Below, in pieces: positions 26,580 to 41,547 of a stretch of DNA of 64,000 bases. The translations under genes were made by a program, and so were the position numbers. This DNA is from Lytechinus pictus. Lineage: Eukaryota. The notes below the pieces were generated by a model. That model was not told where the DNA came from. It made no database searches and was given only the letters and a program-made list of their open reading frames with translations. The stretch's first letter is position 1. Each line of letters begins with the position of its first letter. The stretch covers positions 10,728,001 to 10,792,000 of the forward strand of contig NC_087245.1 in NCBI RefSeq assembly GCF_037042905.1, in the 5' to 3' direction.

Positions 26580-28691
26580 TAGCCTATGTGACAAAGTATA
26601 CATGCACCTTACAAAAACAATATATTTACTGTGAATTTTATTATTGATACGTTTCATTACTTATCTAATATCAAAACAACCCTAAAAGGTTATGCCATAC
26701 ACGTCTTTGCTAAATGACACTCGCTCTCCATGCCATATAAAGAATACATCTCTCGAATACGTTATTAGAGTTTTTCAACGAGGTGAAGGTCTATTTGTCC
26801 AAAAATGAATTGTAAAATAGTAAGAGCTAATGCCACTTTCTATGCTTTTGTCAACTCACAACATAATATAAGACGAAAGCAAAATTTGACAGTTTTTGTC
26901 TCAGGAACCTCGTATACAAAGACTTATATATAAAAAGTATTCACAGTATTGAAAAGATGATTGAAATAGCAACCTTCGTGAGAATCAGCCTTTTTACAAT
27001 TTTGATCCTATATTCATACATATATGCAAATACAGAAAAATCGCATAATATTTTAGTAAGTCCTTTGCGCCATTTTAACCCCCAAAGAGATGAAAAGGGA
27101 CAAGAGTCATGCAATGCAAATGATACCCACTTTCACTGTCCCTCGACGAAACAGCTCAGTGACTCTTAAGTGCATTTACCCTCGCTCAATGACAGGTTGA
27201 TATCTTCGATGGCCTCGGAGGAGCGCGAGAATAAATCAAAATACATTCATGATCCTTTTCTTGAGCTCCGTTTCATCACGTCACCCCGTTTCCTGTCGAA
27301 GAATCAATTTAACAGGGGTTCTTACAAGTTGCATACCAACCCCCCTTTTCAAGAGATCGGGTGAGTATTCCTTCGACTTGTAGCATCATTGGGATCAAGA
27401 TGTTCTCGTGCATTTTATCAATTGAATATTTCCCATTCTCGACACTGATCCATAGCATAGCAAAAGCGAATACATTAACAGTTTGCTCAAATAAGCACAT
27501 TTTACCATCTATTTATCCTATCTCATAAAGGAACTTTGTAAGATGTCAAGTCTCTTGGTCGCTTGTCAACTCCTAAATTTAGTCATTAAGCCTGAATACA
27601 AAACAGTTATAACAGTGGTGTACCCCAAATGCACATTATTCAAACAACATTTAATTCAAGAGAGGGAGAGAGACAGATATGGAGAAGGAGAGAGAGAAAA
27701 AAAAAGGGGTGGGGCGGAGTAAAATAAAGGCATAAAGCAATCACCTTTGGAAAAAACGTTGTATTGTTTCGAAAGTCCAGACTGTAACTTTAACTTTCTT
27801 GCCTGGGGCGATCTCATCATATTACGTGTATATTTCGTACTTATCTGTTCGATAACAAAATGGTTACTTGTGGCATGTTATCACTCTTTTGTTCCTGAGC
27901 ATCATCGGAATGATGTGATGTGACACAATTCTGAACGAAATGTAGACAATATAATATGCTTCCTTATTGGTTTTCAGCTCTTGATCTACTTGTTGTCCCT
28001 TATTTCAAGCGTCTTCATGATACCAAGCTCCATTTTAGAAGTCACGGCGCAAACAATTTTTTTTGCTATCTTACATTGGACGATCCACAATGTCTTTTTA
28101 AAGATGTCGGAACAATTTGAAATGAAATACCTAATTTTATTCCATTATCATATCCGTCTCTTCCTGTTTACGAATTTTATTTTGATTTGGGGTTATTTGT
28201 TTCTTGCAATGATTCAAAATGGTAATAGGGGAAATCCGATTATCCCTTTTGCATGATAATGCATGTGTTTGTCAAAACGTTTTATTTATATTTGACTCAA
28301 ATACCTGTCAAGAAGATGCCAAGCTCTCTCTTGTATCCTTCCTCCGTTAAGGTTGGAGATCACTGGCATCAGTAGAAATGGCTGCAGACACCTTCTAAGG
28401 GTTGTTAGAGCTAGAAAATTTGCTGAGGATGTTTTGCATCTTCAAGATGCAACATTGCTAGTTATAAAGCTTTGAATTATCTGTGCTATACAGTCTTATT
28501 ATCATTCTTCTTATTATTTTCATCATCATTTGTTTCTATTTTTTGCAATTTTTAAATCTTTATACACGAATTAATTGACTTTGGTCTCCTGCTGAATCAT
28601 CGTAGTTACAATGTTTTCATGTTTGTATTTATCAAATCATTTATAGATATATTTATTTATCTAAATATTTTTTTGGTTATTTTGTTATGTA

Positions 28692-28942
28692 CACTGTAAA
28701 AAATATTGGGTAAAATTTTAACCAGCACGAAGGTGAATATGTGTCCAACCAATTTGGCGCAGTATTTTACCTAATGCGGGAAGCATATTGTCCACTGAGG
28801 TTTAAAAAATAAGCAGCAATTACTTTAGAATGGGCAATATTTTCATCACACTGGATAAATAAAACTGCCCAAAAGACATGCCCAAAGTTGGTTGGACACA
28901 TAATTACCCTCATGGAGCATTTTTACCCAATATTTTAGAATG
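28692..28942. mobile_element. CACTA/EnSpm-like MITE (degenerate)
   Basis: CACTGTAAAAAATATTGGGTAAAA ... TTTTACCCAATATTTTAGAATG; inner inverted ATGTGTCCAACCAA / TTGGTTGGACACAT; TA on both sides. Confidence 0.7.
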
Positions 28943-29466
28943 TACATGTTTTGTTTTTTGTTTGTACGGAGACGGTTTCCAGGATAAGTCAGTTATCAGA
29001 AAGGTGTTCTTGCACGCATTCATGAGTGTGAGGTATTACTGGTCTTTGTCCTGACAAATTCAGAATTCATTCAAACAGCAGGGGAATTGTCATGTTTAAA
29101 AATAGGGTGCAAAATTGGCGTTTTGGGCGCTTCGGTGTGGGCCTCCATTTGAAGTTATTAAGAGGTCCTTCGATTCCTGGACCAAGTCTTTCGGACGGTG
29201 AAATATCCATGTTTAAGGGATGTTTCAAGTCGCATATTGATTCATAAACCAAATTAAGCAGAAAACATACACCCACACAAACACCCCCACGCACTCCCAA
29301 ACACCCACACACATGGCTACGATACTGATAGGAATCGTAATTTTTCAGCGATCATTTTTAAAACATTATGTCAACAGGATTATACCCAACTGAGCAGCAT
29401 ATGCACTTTGACTTTCAACCGAGGACATCTTTTATAATCTTAATTAAGATTTTTTTCTTATCCCTA

Positions 29467-29768
29467 CACTGTTAGAAAATTTCTACTTAAAAAAACAAAA
29501 ATTCCTGCAGCAGAGTCTCGAGAACACCTGTAATCTTACTGCACTGTGTAATCTTATGCATTTGTGTAACATTACAGAAAATAGATATTTGGTGTATGTA
29601 ACCTTACAAATCTATTGTGATGAAACTGTTTTCCCCCTTTTTAAAACAGACCTATTCTGTAAAATTTTATAAAAATTGTATGAAATATTTCGTGTTTTAA
29701 CAATTTACAGAATGATTTAGTTACTTCTTTCTGTAAAATCTGTTTTTTTTTTTTTTTTTTGTACAGTG
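29467..29768. mobile_element. CACTA/EnSpm-like MITE
   Basis: TA|CACTGT ... ACAGTG|TA with internal TTACAG/CTGTAA subrepeats. Confidence 0.6.
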
Positions 29769-30070
29769 TACGGTACATGCAAAGACGTATGATTTTGGAC
29801 CATTTGCGATATTTCAATTTTTAAGCTGAATATTTATATCATCATATCGCGTTTATCAGCTAGATATTGAATTCCTTTTTAAGAGTTGAAGACTGCATGC
29901 TCGCATGACGGGGAACGCGGGAGTCGTGTTCCTACATTGTAACTTACTCTATAGTCTAGTATAAACCTTCTCAAAACTATTCCATTATTTATTCCACAAT
30001 GTAGCCAAAATTTACGTAGCTATGCAGGCATATGTAGGATTCCCATTCCCCTAAAAAAATGACCACAAAT

Positions 30071-32292
30071 ATAATTTCAAATTTCAAATTTATTTATTTC
30101 ACTTCCATCAAACAAAAACAAATTGTATACCATATATAAACATAAATATTTGTATCCGTTGCACAAAAAAAATTAATGATACATATGTTGTGAAAAAACA
30201 CTTAGACAATTTGGGCAACACATTGTAGGGTTTAAATATGTATACTGTTTTTCAATAGAAATTAAATTAAAATGGAAATGGGGGGACCCACTAAAAGGCA
30301 ATGCTTGTACAATGTGGGCCCCTGAAAAAATGGATAACACAACAAATAATAAAATAACAAAGTATAAATACAGATAATCAAATGAGAAAAAAAAATACAT
30401 GAGAGGGAAATACTCACAAAATAAATACAAAGTTATAAAAAATATATAGTTTGATAAAGGACAAAACAACCCGTCCTAAAAATATCCACCCATCCTCACC
30501 CCACCCCTCCCCCCCGAAAAAGAGAAGAAAAAAGGGGAGAATGCCCTGAGAAGATGGATGTGTGCTGCTGTACGTAGATAGAACACATGCCGTCGTGGAC
30601 TCAAGCAAACTGGATTCAATGATGTGTATATAAGGAGAAAAAAATATATAAAATAACCTGGAAAGAATATAATGCACGAAGAATGTGATTGATGCCGTGA
30701 ACAAATAACCGGTAGGAAGGCGGATAAGCGGACAGGAGAGGAGAAAATAGAGAGGATAGACACAATAATGTATGAGGTTCAATAATGAGCACATCTGAGA
30801 AGGACTTGTGTCAGATTTTTTTTAATAATAAAAATGGATAATTATTTTATGTTTTAATTGTAGTCTTTAAAGTAATAATGATGACTTGACAGAGATGATG
30901 AATTAAACTTAATTTGGGAGTATATTATAAGGTTTTAATAGAGATAATTTGAATTTAGTCTCAAAAGAGTTCAAAGATTTTGCATGTGTTATATCATTAT
31001 GAAGTGAGTTCCATAACTTCGGTCCATCATATATAAATGTGTTCTGAGCCCGCAAAGTTCTTAAAAGTGGTAAATGAAATTCACCCAATCGCCTTGTTGG
31101 ATAGTTGTGAATGGATTGATTTTTAGGAAACATTGAATTAAATACATTTGGGAGGTTGGTGTTGTTATAGTTATACATGAACTGACCGAGATTAAACAAA
31201 TATAAGTCTTTAATTTTCAATATTTTATGTTAAAAAAATAATGGGTCAGTATGAGACAAATATGCCATGTGACATATAATACGTAGAGACTTCTTTTGTA
31301 ATAGGAGTAATTTGTCTAAGAGTGTTTGTTGTGTATTACCCCACGCTAAAATTCCATAATTTAAATAAGGCAATATAAGGGATGAATATAATGTAAGCAG
31401 GTACGATAATGGTAAACAAAATTTAAGCTTGTTAATTATACCAATGTTGCGTGAAATAGTTTTACATATGTTATCTATGTGAAATTTCCATGAGAGCTTA
31501 TTATCGACTGTTATTCCAAGAAACTTAATATGGGATACATTTTCCAAGGGAGTTCCATCTAAAATAATATCAACAGGAAGTGTATTTATATATAGAGTTG
31601 CTAAACAACATATATTTTGTTTTTTGAAGATTTAGTGACAATTTATTTGCTCTTATCCATTCGGTGACATTTTCTAGTTCAGAGTTGATTATATTAGCAA
31701 GGTGAAGAGGATTTTTATGTGAAAAAATAAGTTAGAGTCGTCCGCAAAGAGAATGAAAGAAAGAACATCTGATGATCTACAAAAATCATTTATATAAACT
31801 ATAAACAAAATCGGGCCTAAAATACTACCCTGGGGAACTCCACAATTATTTTCTTTCATTTGAGAATTGCAACCGTTTAAAAAGACATATTGCTTCCTAT
31901 TCAAGAGGTAGCTCCTGAACCACTCCAAGGCCTTCCCACGCACTCCATAATGATGTAATTTGTTAATATCATGATTAATGGTGTCAAAGGCCTTGGAGAA
32001 GTACAGGAACAAACCAATCAAATGAGAAGATTAATCGATTAAATGTGCCGCTTTTTCAATGAAACTCAAAGCATGTGTGGTGCTATGCTTTTCCCTAAAT
32101 CCAAATTGGGAATTTGAAAGAATATTATTTGATTTGAAAAAATTTACAGTTCTTTTATAAATAATCTTTTCAAGTATTTTCGACAATGTAGATAACAAAG
32201 AAATTGGGCGGTAATTATTAACATCAAATTTATCACCCTTTTTAAACAAGGGAATGACTTTTGCAATTTTCATGCTTTTGCAATTTTCATAA
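30071..32292 (-). mobile_element. 5'-truncated non-LTR retrotransposon (CR1/L2 group LINE)
   Basis: RT-coding fragments, then a ~800-bp 3' UTR with stem-loop (GGGGACCCAC...GTGGGCCCC, ~30282-30322), AATAAA and a (TTTGAAA)n-type tail at ~30071-30100. Confidence 0.9.
30909..32275 (-). pseudogene. Disrupted LINE ORF2 reverse transcriptase
   Basis: Four consecutive ORF fragments: KIAKVIPLFKKGD..NYRPISLL..SQFGFR; FSKAFDTINH..GVPQGSILGPILF..FADDSNLF; KFLGITVDNKLSW..YGILAWG; HNYPTR..GPKLWNSL; separated by frameshifts. Confidence 0.93.
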
Positions 32293-33851
32293 TGTTGGCA
32301 AGCAAAAAAGGTTCTGCCGACGTCCTTGTGATGGCATCCGAATGGATATTCTAATACCATTTGAAGATAATATAAACAGTGTTAGACGGTATGTTATATG
32401 TTAACAATTAAGATCTCAATGAAAATCATCGCTTTTAATTTGAAAAGTAGTGCTTGGAAAGAGCGAAGTGTTTCTGAACCTTCCATCTGGAACATCTGGT
32501 CTCCCATCTCATGGGTTAAAAAGCAATCCTGGTCATTGTGAGGTTCATTGCGACTTAAAACAGAATGTGAATATGATTTTCTGGGTTGCTTTCGATGTTC
32601 GCTATCATCTCATGGTAATACCTGAGTTCAGGAATGTATCAAATTAATTCAACGACTTTCTAAAAATGATCTTATCAATAGTCCTCCACGAACATTTTCA
32701 AAAGAAATGTAGGCTAACCCATTTCATGAAAACGTCATATATTCCATTTGTGCCACAGTTGTATTTTGAATAAAAGTAAAGCATCCAAGTCGTAAAGACA
32801 GTAGAAAAATTGAGAATTTAATCATGTATTTTATTTATTTGCATAATGACCCTTTTAATGTAGTCTTCTGGTGGCAGTAGAATTAATTGCTTCCTCAATT
32901 TCATATATTTTAATTCATGAACTTTACTTTATTCTTTTATTCAAATTCCCGACGTGTTTTTCATGTTGCCTTTTGACTTATTTTGTGTCTTGCTATCTCA
33001 ATTAAAAGTCTGAAATTTTAAAAAATCAAGGAGACATCTAGGTAACATTCTATACATAGACTTGTAAACAAAATGTTGCGTCAATTTTGTGAAAACTCGA
33101 ATTTTTTGTGAGATTACAATCGTTTGCATGCAGTAGGAAACTTCAACTTTTAAACAGTGCAGTATTAAGCATGTGTCATACGAGAGGACTCGAAGAGCTT
33201 GAAATGTCTCTTGTTTCCACTCTGTTATGCATAGTGTGATCCTAATATGATTTCATTCATGATTGATTGTGTCGTCTCTGGTGCATTTTCCTTCCCAGTA
33301 GACAAGCTATATCACCAACATAGTCTTGCATGGTGGCACAACTGATTCGTCCTTGTACAGAGTAGCATATCGTGGGCCGACATGGAGAGGGAGGTAAGCA
33401 GTGGTGGTAAAGTAAGATGTGTCAGAAAGGAGCTAGAAAACTGTCAGTTTTACACCTTTGCATATTACTGCGCATTGCTACGAATGTACCCAGCCATATA
33501 CACGAACTAGGGTAGTATGCTTCGTATCTAGATCGTTAGTAGATCGTATACAAAGCTAACTGTATTTGAGCTGGATAGGCTAGATTGGGTAATAAAGCAA
33601 CTGCTAACTAAACTGGGTACAGGCAACAATACAAGCACCCACCAGGGAAGATAAATCGTGCACGAAAAGCAGCAACGCGGTCGCAAGAAGATTTCTAAAA
33701 CCAGCTAGCAACTATAGAATGGGCTTTAGAGTATATAATAACTTAGCCCTTGTACGTTGGTTCACATCCTTGGTAAATGCGCTACGCAGAGTTGAGCTAT
33801 TAGTATCATCTTTAAAATGTTTAAAGTGAGGTGTTCAGGGGACAGACGAAT

Positions 33852-34122
33852 GGCAATGTCCAACTGCAGTCGCGCTCTGCGCTGCAAAAGTTCGCCAAAA
33901 GGACAGGTATGTTCGGAAGCTTCGCCAATCGGTCGCACCAGCTCATAAAAAAACATCAAAAATCAATCCCTCGACAGATTTATTTTCAAATCACTGACAT
34001 TAATCATACTGAATATGACACCAAAAATGGGTACTTGTCCAGCCCAAACAATAGTTAAATGGCCTGAAATGAGACCATGATTTCGGTTAGTTCACGGCGA
34101 GAAAATTCCGAACTGCATTGCC
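33852..34122. mobile_element. Possible MITE with 3-bp TSD
   Basis: AAT|GGCAATG ... CATTGCC|AAT; imperfect subterminal inverted GTTCGGAAGCTTCGCC / GGCGAGAAAATTCCGAAC. Confidence 0.4.
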
Positions 34123-35264
34123 AATAATAATAATCAAAATAAAATACAAACGTGTAGTCTAGCTTTTCTAAATGCCCTTATTTTAAAAGAATATGAACAA
34201 AGAATCATTTTTATTATTGATATTTTGATATACAATAATTTTGTCTACTTTCGATGAATTATTCTAATCAATAAAGTCATGTGATCTTTACTTACACATG
34301 TCCAGAATGCATTGCGTGCGGATGAATAAATCATGTGTGCCCTGTTAAGGACAGCACAGATTTTATATATTATGGAATGATTTGTGAGCGTTTCTAGATT
34401 CATGGGACTTTAGTTTACCAATGCTTCACACGACAAGTAATGAGAAATTTGCAAAAGATAGCAAGAATAGTTTAACGACCAGAATGCGGCGAGAAATTTG
34501 GAGATCAAATTCTCAGAATAGGCAATTTCTCCACTGGCTTTCGTTCGCGTTCGCCAGTTAAAACAGAAGCTTATATTAAACCTAACAGTCACACTCACAT
34601 TTAAGCTCATTTAAGAGTTGCCATGGCGGGAAAATGTTGCACCAGTCACTATCAACGTAGCCGAAAATGGCACTCGCGTATTGGGAACGAAATACGCGTG
34701 TTTATTTCAATAAGTTGGGTATCACTACATAATGGTTGGAACTATACCCCTTATAGACCATCTCATTTTCTAAGCATCATAATTTTTTTTTCTGCGAAAA
34801 TATTTATCAGTTTTAGAAAATTGAGCAGATCAAAATCCCATGTTTAGATCGATGACTCAGATTCTATGCAGGTATATATCGGCTACCAACGAATGTGACG
34901 ATTCCAAACTTGCTCATTTGCACCCCCTTTCCCCTTGTCGTGCTGGCGAAACATTTGTACTCTTCCAAGTTAGTTCTATGATGTCATCACGCCGGTTGAT
35001 TGTCTCGCTACTTCCATCTCGAGCTCCGGCACATGATTCGTCGACTGACGACGGATCTTGTTCTAAAGCCGTTTCCTATCGGATTTCTGGGTATGAACAG
35101 CTATTTCGCAGTGAGGTTCGGGTCTGGTCAATACAATTTTGATGAATTCTACTAATTTTCTACCTTTCTATCCCTGTTTTTCTCTCGTAAAATCGAGTCT
35201 TATCGTTCATCTGGACACTGCGCCTGCTCTCCCGCGCGCCGTATGTAATACGTAATAATGTTAA

Positions 35265-36016
35265 CCCTAAAAGGACTGGGCTATTTGAGATGTATGAGGA
35301 CTGGGGGGGGGGGGGGGGTATGATGCCCCCTCCTTGTGATCTCGGCCGCCGTTCGCGCGATCGTGCCGAAATTTATCACGCACAGTCTTTACCACATAAA
35401 CTACAAGCCAGTATAAAAAATTCTGAAAATAATATTTTTTCAATTATTATGAATAAAATATGCAAATTTATTCATGAAAAACATTATTTGCATATTTAAC
35501 ACCCTTTTTCACTTCAAATTTTCTTCTTTTTTTGCAGATGTCATCTTTCTAATGTATTTCAAGGTTTCCACACAAAAAAATTGCGAAAGCCAATTTTTTT
35601 CTTTAGGTATTTCTTTGTTTTTAGAATTTCTTATGTATTTCTCTGTTTTTTATCTTTTGTTTTTCTTTTTTTTTCAATGGAAGTTATTACAGACCATTTA
35701 ACAACAAAATTAAACCCTAAAATAATTAAGCAGACCAATTAGAACGAAAAATAATCACCCTTTTATGAATTTCATCTCCCATAGACTTTGTACACTAAGT
35801 ATAAAAATTAGCCATTTTCGGCATGATATTGCCTCATAAAAAGTCATGTGACGTCGCAAAGGTATACCCGTATGTCGCAAATTTGGTCTCAAAAGTTACG
35901 CAAGAATAAAAAAAAGAAGTCATAAAATTTTGCGGCGCTTTCTTTTTTCGTTTCGGAAATATCTCGCGAAGCGTCGAAGAGGGGGGGGGGGCATCATGGC
36001 CCCAGTCCTTTTAGGG
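35265..36016. mobile_element. piggyBac-like MITE
   Basis: Perfect 16-bp TIR CCCTAAAAGGACTGGG; TTAA TSD at 35261-35264 and 36017-36020. Confidence 0.92.
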
Positions 36017-39000
36017 TTAATGCGCACAAGGTTTCAAAAGAGGTGGTCGATATGTGGTGGAGTCACTATACGCCCAAATTACCTTACACATCAACAATCA
36101 AAAGCCAAACTCGCAAAGATGTGATTGTAGCATTTGCATAATATTTACCTCGTTTTGTTGGTCCTACCTGCTTGTTTAAACCACACGCATGCTAAATGCG
36201 CAAAAGTGTTACAGCAGCTACGATTTGAAGCATTGTACTTACGCAGTCATATCAGTAATGCGCACTAAACTTCTAGGCGTCACACTTCTGTGATTTTTAT
36301 CGTACTTTCAAAACGTGCGTAACCTGTGTCTGACGTGACAATCAATCGAACAGAAACAAGATTATAGTGGTGATTTTGGAAATCCAGCGAAGCACCCTTC
36401 CTATACCTTCCTGAAATTTCACAGTGACAAGTCTTTTGGAATCAGGCCTTTCAAAATTTATTGCATGATATATATACATGGTCTACACGCCATTTGTACA
36501 CGTGGATCTCAGTGACACGTAAAAGTGCCCATTATTTATATACGATAAACTAAAATACTTGAATAATTAAAATAACGAGTCGCTGTTGCGTTTGCATTTT
36601 ACTACAGATATATATATATATATATATATCTATTTTTTTTTTAGACTTACCAGAAACAGCATTACGTTCAAATTTCGTATGCAAGAGAGAGGGGGAGAGA
36701 GAAGTAGAGACAGAGACTAAAGGGGGTAAGAGTGAGAGAGGGGATTGGGTAGAAGGGGATAATGAGAGAGATGTGAATATTTTGATATTCGTGAGGTTCA
36801 AGATTTTAAATCTAGTGAAAGTGAACACTACTCGTTACGGGTTGTCGTCTTTCTGTCCTATAAGTGGTCTCGAGTCCTTAGAGAGCAAACGCCAAATTTG
36901 CGTAATGGGTTCGGAATTTAATTGCCCTACTTCCTTGTCAGTTCCAAAACGAAAATTTATTGTTTGCTTAGTTAGCAATAGGAGCCCACTCATAATTCTA
37001 GTCACCAAACAAATACAGGAACACTGCCTGAATAAGGGGTGAACCCCATTATTACGTTTGCAACATTGACTCCCAGTGGATATTTCTATGTATGCTCTAT
37101 CTGCACGAGTCGAGTATTCGAAAACCGCCCGCCCACATACGGACACGCACGCGCAAGCGCAAACATTTCTATCAAAATGGTGCACATGACGTAATAAAAT
37201 ATCTTACTCTAATGAAGCTGTTTGCGCTCTCCTTTTTTTTATAAATTGTATTGATCTGATAATAAAAAAATTAAAAAAGTCGCGTTTCACGCACCAAGGT
37301 GTCGTCGATGTCTTTTGGAAAACGGGTAGCTTTTCAGCATCAATCGCCAAAATACGCCACTAATAGGGTGTCCGTTTCCCATTCATGCTGTCTTTTCGGG
37401 TTGCAGTAACGTTTGTTCATTATGAATCATTTAGGAATAAGCGATTAAATTTTAGTGTTTTAGTGATCTTCTTTGGGGTTTGGATTGTCCAATTACTCAT
37501 TTTAGATACTTTGTAGGGTATTTATTTTTTATCTATTTTTACTGCTTAAGCCAAATATATAGTGTAAGAGCATTTGTGGAATCCCCATGTTTCATGCCAA
37601 TCAGGGTCGCAAATTTTTGAGGTCGTTAGATCATGTGGACAAATTCCCCGGGCTAGCTACATACAAGCATACGGTTATTAAAAAAAGAAGATGTTACTCA
37701 CTAGACTTACATGACTTATGGTCTTCAATGACGGTAGAAATCCCAATTAAATACAGGGTTTTTTTTCTGCCCAACACACGTGCTGAAAATTGTGTTCGTT
37801 TAAGGTTACAGTATTCATTCATTATCTATACGTATTGCTCTGACCGCTGCTTATTCGGCCTATAGACATGATTATATTCAGAGATGAAAATGACGAAAAT
37901 GGAATAAAGTTGACCTTGATACCAAGCTGAGTTAAAATATAGGAATGCAGTAAATGAAAATTCATCATAATTGCATAAGAATTGTATTATCATCATTGCG
38001 ATGGCCATGATTTTGATATGTCATCATCATCATTACGACTATTGTTAGAGAGAAAGTATTGACAGTGGGAAAACGAATAACTGTTACTGTTTTATTCACT
38101 CATGTCGTCTTCAATAATCATGAGAATCGATTTCGGCGGCTCCTTTCCTTTCTAAAGTTCGAAGAAACAGATATCTCTTACTGAGACATTAAATCTTGAA
38201 ATCAAGACTGACAAGGTATGGAATATTAATGAAAGGATATTTTAAGATAATAATGAATAGAGTCAATAAATGCCATAGATGATAAGGAGAAGAGGTTCAT
38301 AACCACTCACAAAGCAGTCAAATACAATATATTATTCTTAAGAGAGGAGTTTACCGAACATCAATAAAAAAAATTCCGATTGACAAGAATTTATTTTTCA
38401 ATTATCCTATAGATCTGATAAATCATGCAAATGCTAATAAGAAATAATTTCCAAACAGAGGTCTAATTCTGTGATATTGTGAAAATGAAATTTATGTCTC
38501 TCAGTCATGTACGGGGGGGGGGGGGGTAGGTGTACCCCCTCGAATTTCGATTATTTTCAACAGCTTTCAATGGAGAAGGGCCGCTGCGTCCACCCTTGAG
38601 CGACCATAAAATATCACGAAATCGCCATGCATGCTGCATTTTGCAGCGATAAATGATCACATTTAGCAAAGACAGATGAACATCCTGGCCTGAAAATGTA
38701 TATATTTTTTAAAATAAATGATATTCAGATATTAGTTTTATATACTATATACGACAAAAGCAATATTAATTTGATGGTAACGAGATTGCAAGAAATGTAT
38801 AGTATAAGGAAGAGTATTGAAACAAATTTAAGTGTAAGCATTTATCCTGTTTGAAAGTCACCTCCTTTTAGCCAGTGTCAAATAAAATTTAAGAACGACG
38901 AGTACAAATTAACACTCAAGAATGTAATCGAGTGTAAATAAAAAAAATAACGATCTGAAATTATATTGTTTCAAGAAACAAACAGAAAATTGATGAAACT

Positions 39001-40997
39001 TTATTGATATCTAAAAAGGGCGATTGTTGTTGAAACATGCATAAATGTTTTATTTCGCATGAGAATCGACAGGATATTAATGGGGACAAGAACAGTTATT
39101 TTCCTCATTAGTTATAAAGTTGGCTATATTCGTATCGTGTAGTCTTTAATTGAAAAGTCTGAGATGTACCTGTATGCATCTTCCCTTTGAATCTGTCCAA
39201 GGATTTTCTTTTCGAGTTCAAATTACGATCGGATCAAAAGATAACGAAACCGGGCTTCTGAAAATCTCGATTAAATGAAGCTAAAATCAAGTACATCAGT
39301 GTTTTACTTAGTTAGTTCTATTTCAGTTTTGAATACAACTGCTTACGTTCAATTTACGTATGTTTCTATTACTTACGACGTTATTTTTGCAAACTGTAAA
39401 TATAGTATAATAGTGACCTGGCCAGAAGTTTGTACATTAAAATGACATGGATCATTTTCCATGTTTGTTACGTATACTGTAATATTTTATGATACCAGAA
39501 AAGAATCAACCATGCCCCGAAAAAAAGAAAAGAAAAAGAGTGAAAGTGAATTTTGAAAATTTGTGATTTCACAACACGGTTCACGTCAATATAAGCCGAC
39601 ATTGAAGAGTGCCTTCTTCCCAGGATGCCAGAAATAGCTTGCGCCAAAATGAATGACATTGATACATCCGGAATCAAACACGACACAATTAATGATATGA
39701 ATTCAATTAACAACCTTCAAATATAAAAAATAGCTTCTTTTAAAATCTAATCTCTGACACAAGAAACAGTCACGGTCCTAGTTCATCATAAAAAATTGCC
39801 CTTGACGAGTGATAAACATGCGCGATATCCAATATCCTAAACCAGGGGCAAGCGCCTAAATTAACCCCTTCCATCATTTGACGATGGGGTATAGAGATGA
39901 AATCGCACCTCTTCCTATCTTTTGACGCCGTAAACCTCCGTGATTTTTCATTAGATTATATTTTCAAGGGCATTTCTTATGTTTTCCTTTATTTCTTCCC
40001 ATTTTCTCGAGGGGCACTTTACCTCATTTGGAACATAGATACGCCACTGGATTGCATAAAGAAGGAATTAGTACATACCAATAAGCATGCAGAAACGTTC
40101 ATTTTTTCCCGTAAAATATATATTTAGATAAATAAATCATAGCACGAACATCTATCTTAAAAGGAAACAATGCACCTGTTGCAGGTTCACTTTTCTGGTT
40201 CACTGATAGTTGACAGCTCATTAATTGAGTTAATATGTTGTATGTTGGAACTCGAGTCCTAAAAGCTTCTTGGTTTCATAGATCAGTGATAATAAGAAAG
40301 TATGCATTAATGAATATGGAATAGAACATATTTGTATTTCTGTAGATTTGCTAGTTAGGAAAACCTCCATGGATTCACAATAATATATAGCAATAACTGT
40401 TAAATGCTCAATAAGCCATTAAATAATTTATTGCATTTGAAGACAATTCAAATGCCCATTGACTCCCCTGATCATGTTGATACTCCCTTGACATACATAT
40501 TTACTGTTCCATGAGACCAAGTAAAGCATTGAACTTACAAATCTTTCTTATTTTTCTTTCGATCGAGATGAAATCATCATTATCATCAACAACAACAATA
40601 ATAATAATGCAACGTTTATGTATTCACTTCACATGAAAGTTTCTAAGCTCTGTGTAATTATTGGACCGGTTTTAGCAAATTCATTTTGATAATTCTGTTA
40701 TTTTTCTGTATTAATTTTATTGGTTTTTATTTTCAAGAATGAAGGGGAGGAGTGTCGACTTGACATCAAATCATTTTTGGCCTTTGGTCTGGTTTTGGGA
40801 TGTTGATTGCAGTTTAATGTGTCAGATCTCGGACCTAATGGCTACTGCTGGCCCTTCACCAATGAAACAAAAATATGGCAGAGACTCTTGCTATCTCCGA
40901 GTAATCTTTATATTAACTGTTGTGACCAGAATGATATTTTCGCGGCCGACTACAAATATTTCAACGATTCCGTCTTTTGGGGTCTCAGCGTTATTAA

Positions 40998-41547
40998 AGT
41001 GATTATTTCAAGTTTGTTCTGACATAAAAAAAAAATCTAATTTTGGTTCTAGCAAATGGGCTTAATATTAGGTTTGTAGTGTAAAAATACCATCCAAAAA
41101 GTTTCAAAGTATCAAATCTACAGGAACTATTTAAAACCTATAGAGTTAGAAAATAATTGGGGGTTGGTTTCAATGACTATACGTATACAGCGAATCTGTG
41201 CACCACAACACATACACTCTAGATGAACACAGCATGACCTACAAAGTGTGTACAAGGTTCACTGAATGTACAATGTAGCTTATAGTGTGTGCATAGGAGA
41301 AGGCAGTCAACACAGCCAACGGACTTTTTTATTTGGAGAAAACTGGTCATAAGCTTAACCCGTCTCGCAGACGGTTTGTCAAAATCAGGCAAATAAATTG
41401 CTGCTTGTATCTAAATAAGAGGTTTTTTTCATTCTATATTGTGGTCTTTTTCAGGGGTTTTGAGGAAAAATACAGGCACTTATACACATGTTTCATCTCA
41501 GGTTGAGAATCTTTAAAATCAGCTGCTCACAAAGTGAAACGATCCCT
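40998..41547 (-). mobile_element. Kolobok-like MITE, diverged inverted relative of 15698-16048
   Basis: TTAA|AGTGATT... left end; right end GCTGCTCACAAAGTGAAACGATCCCT|TTAT matches the reverse complement of the 15698 end. Confidence 0.65.
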
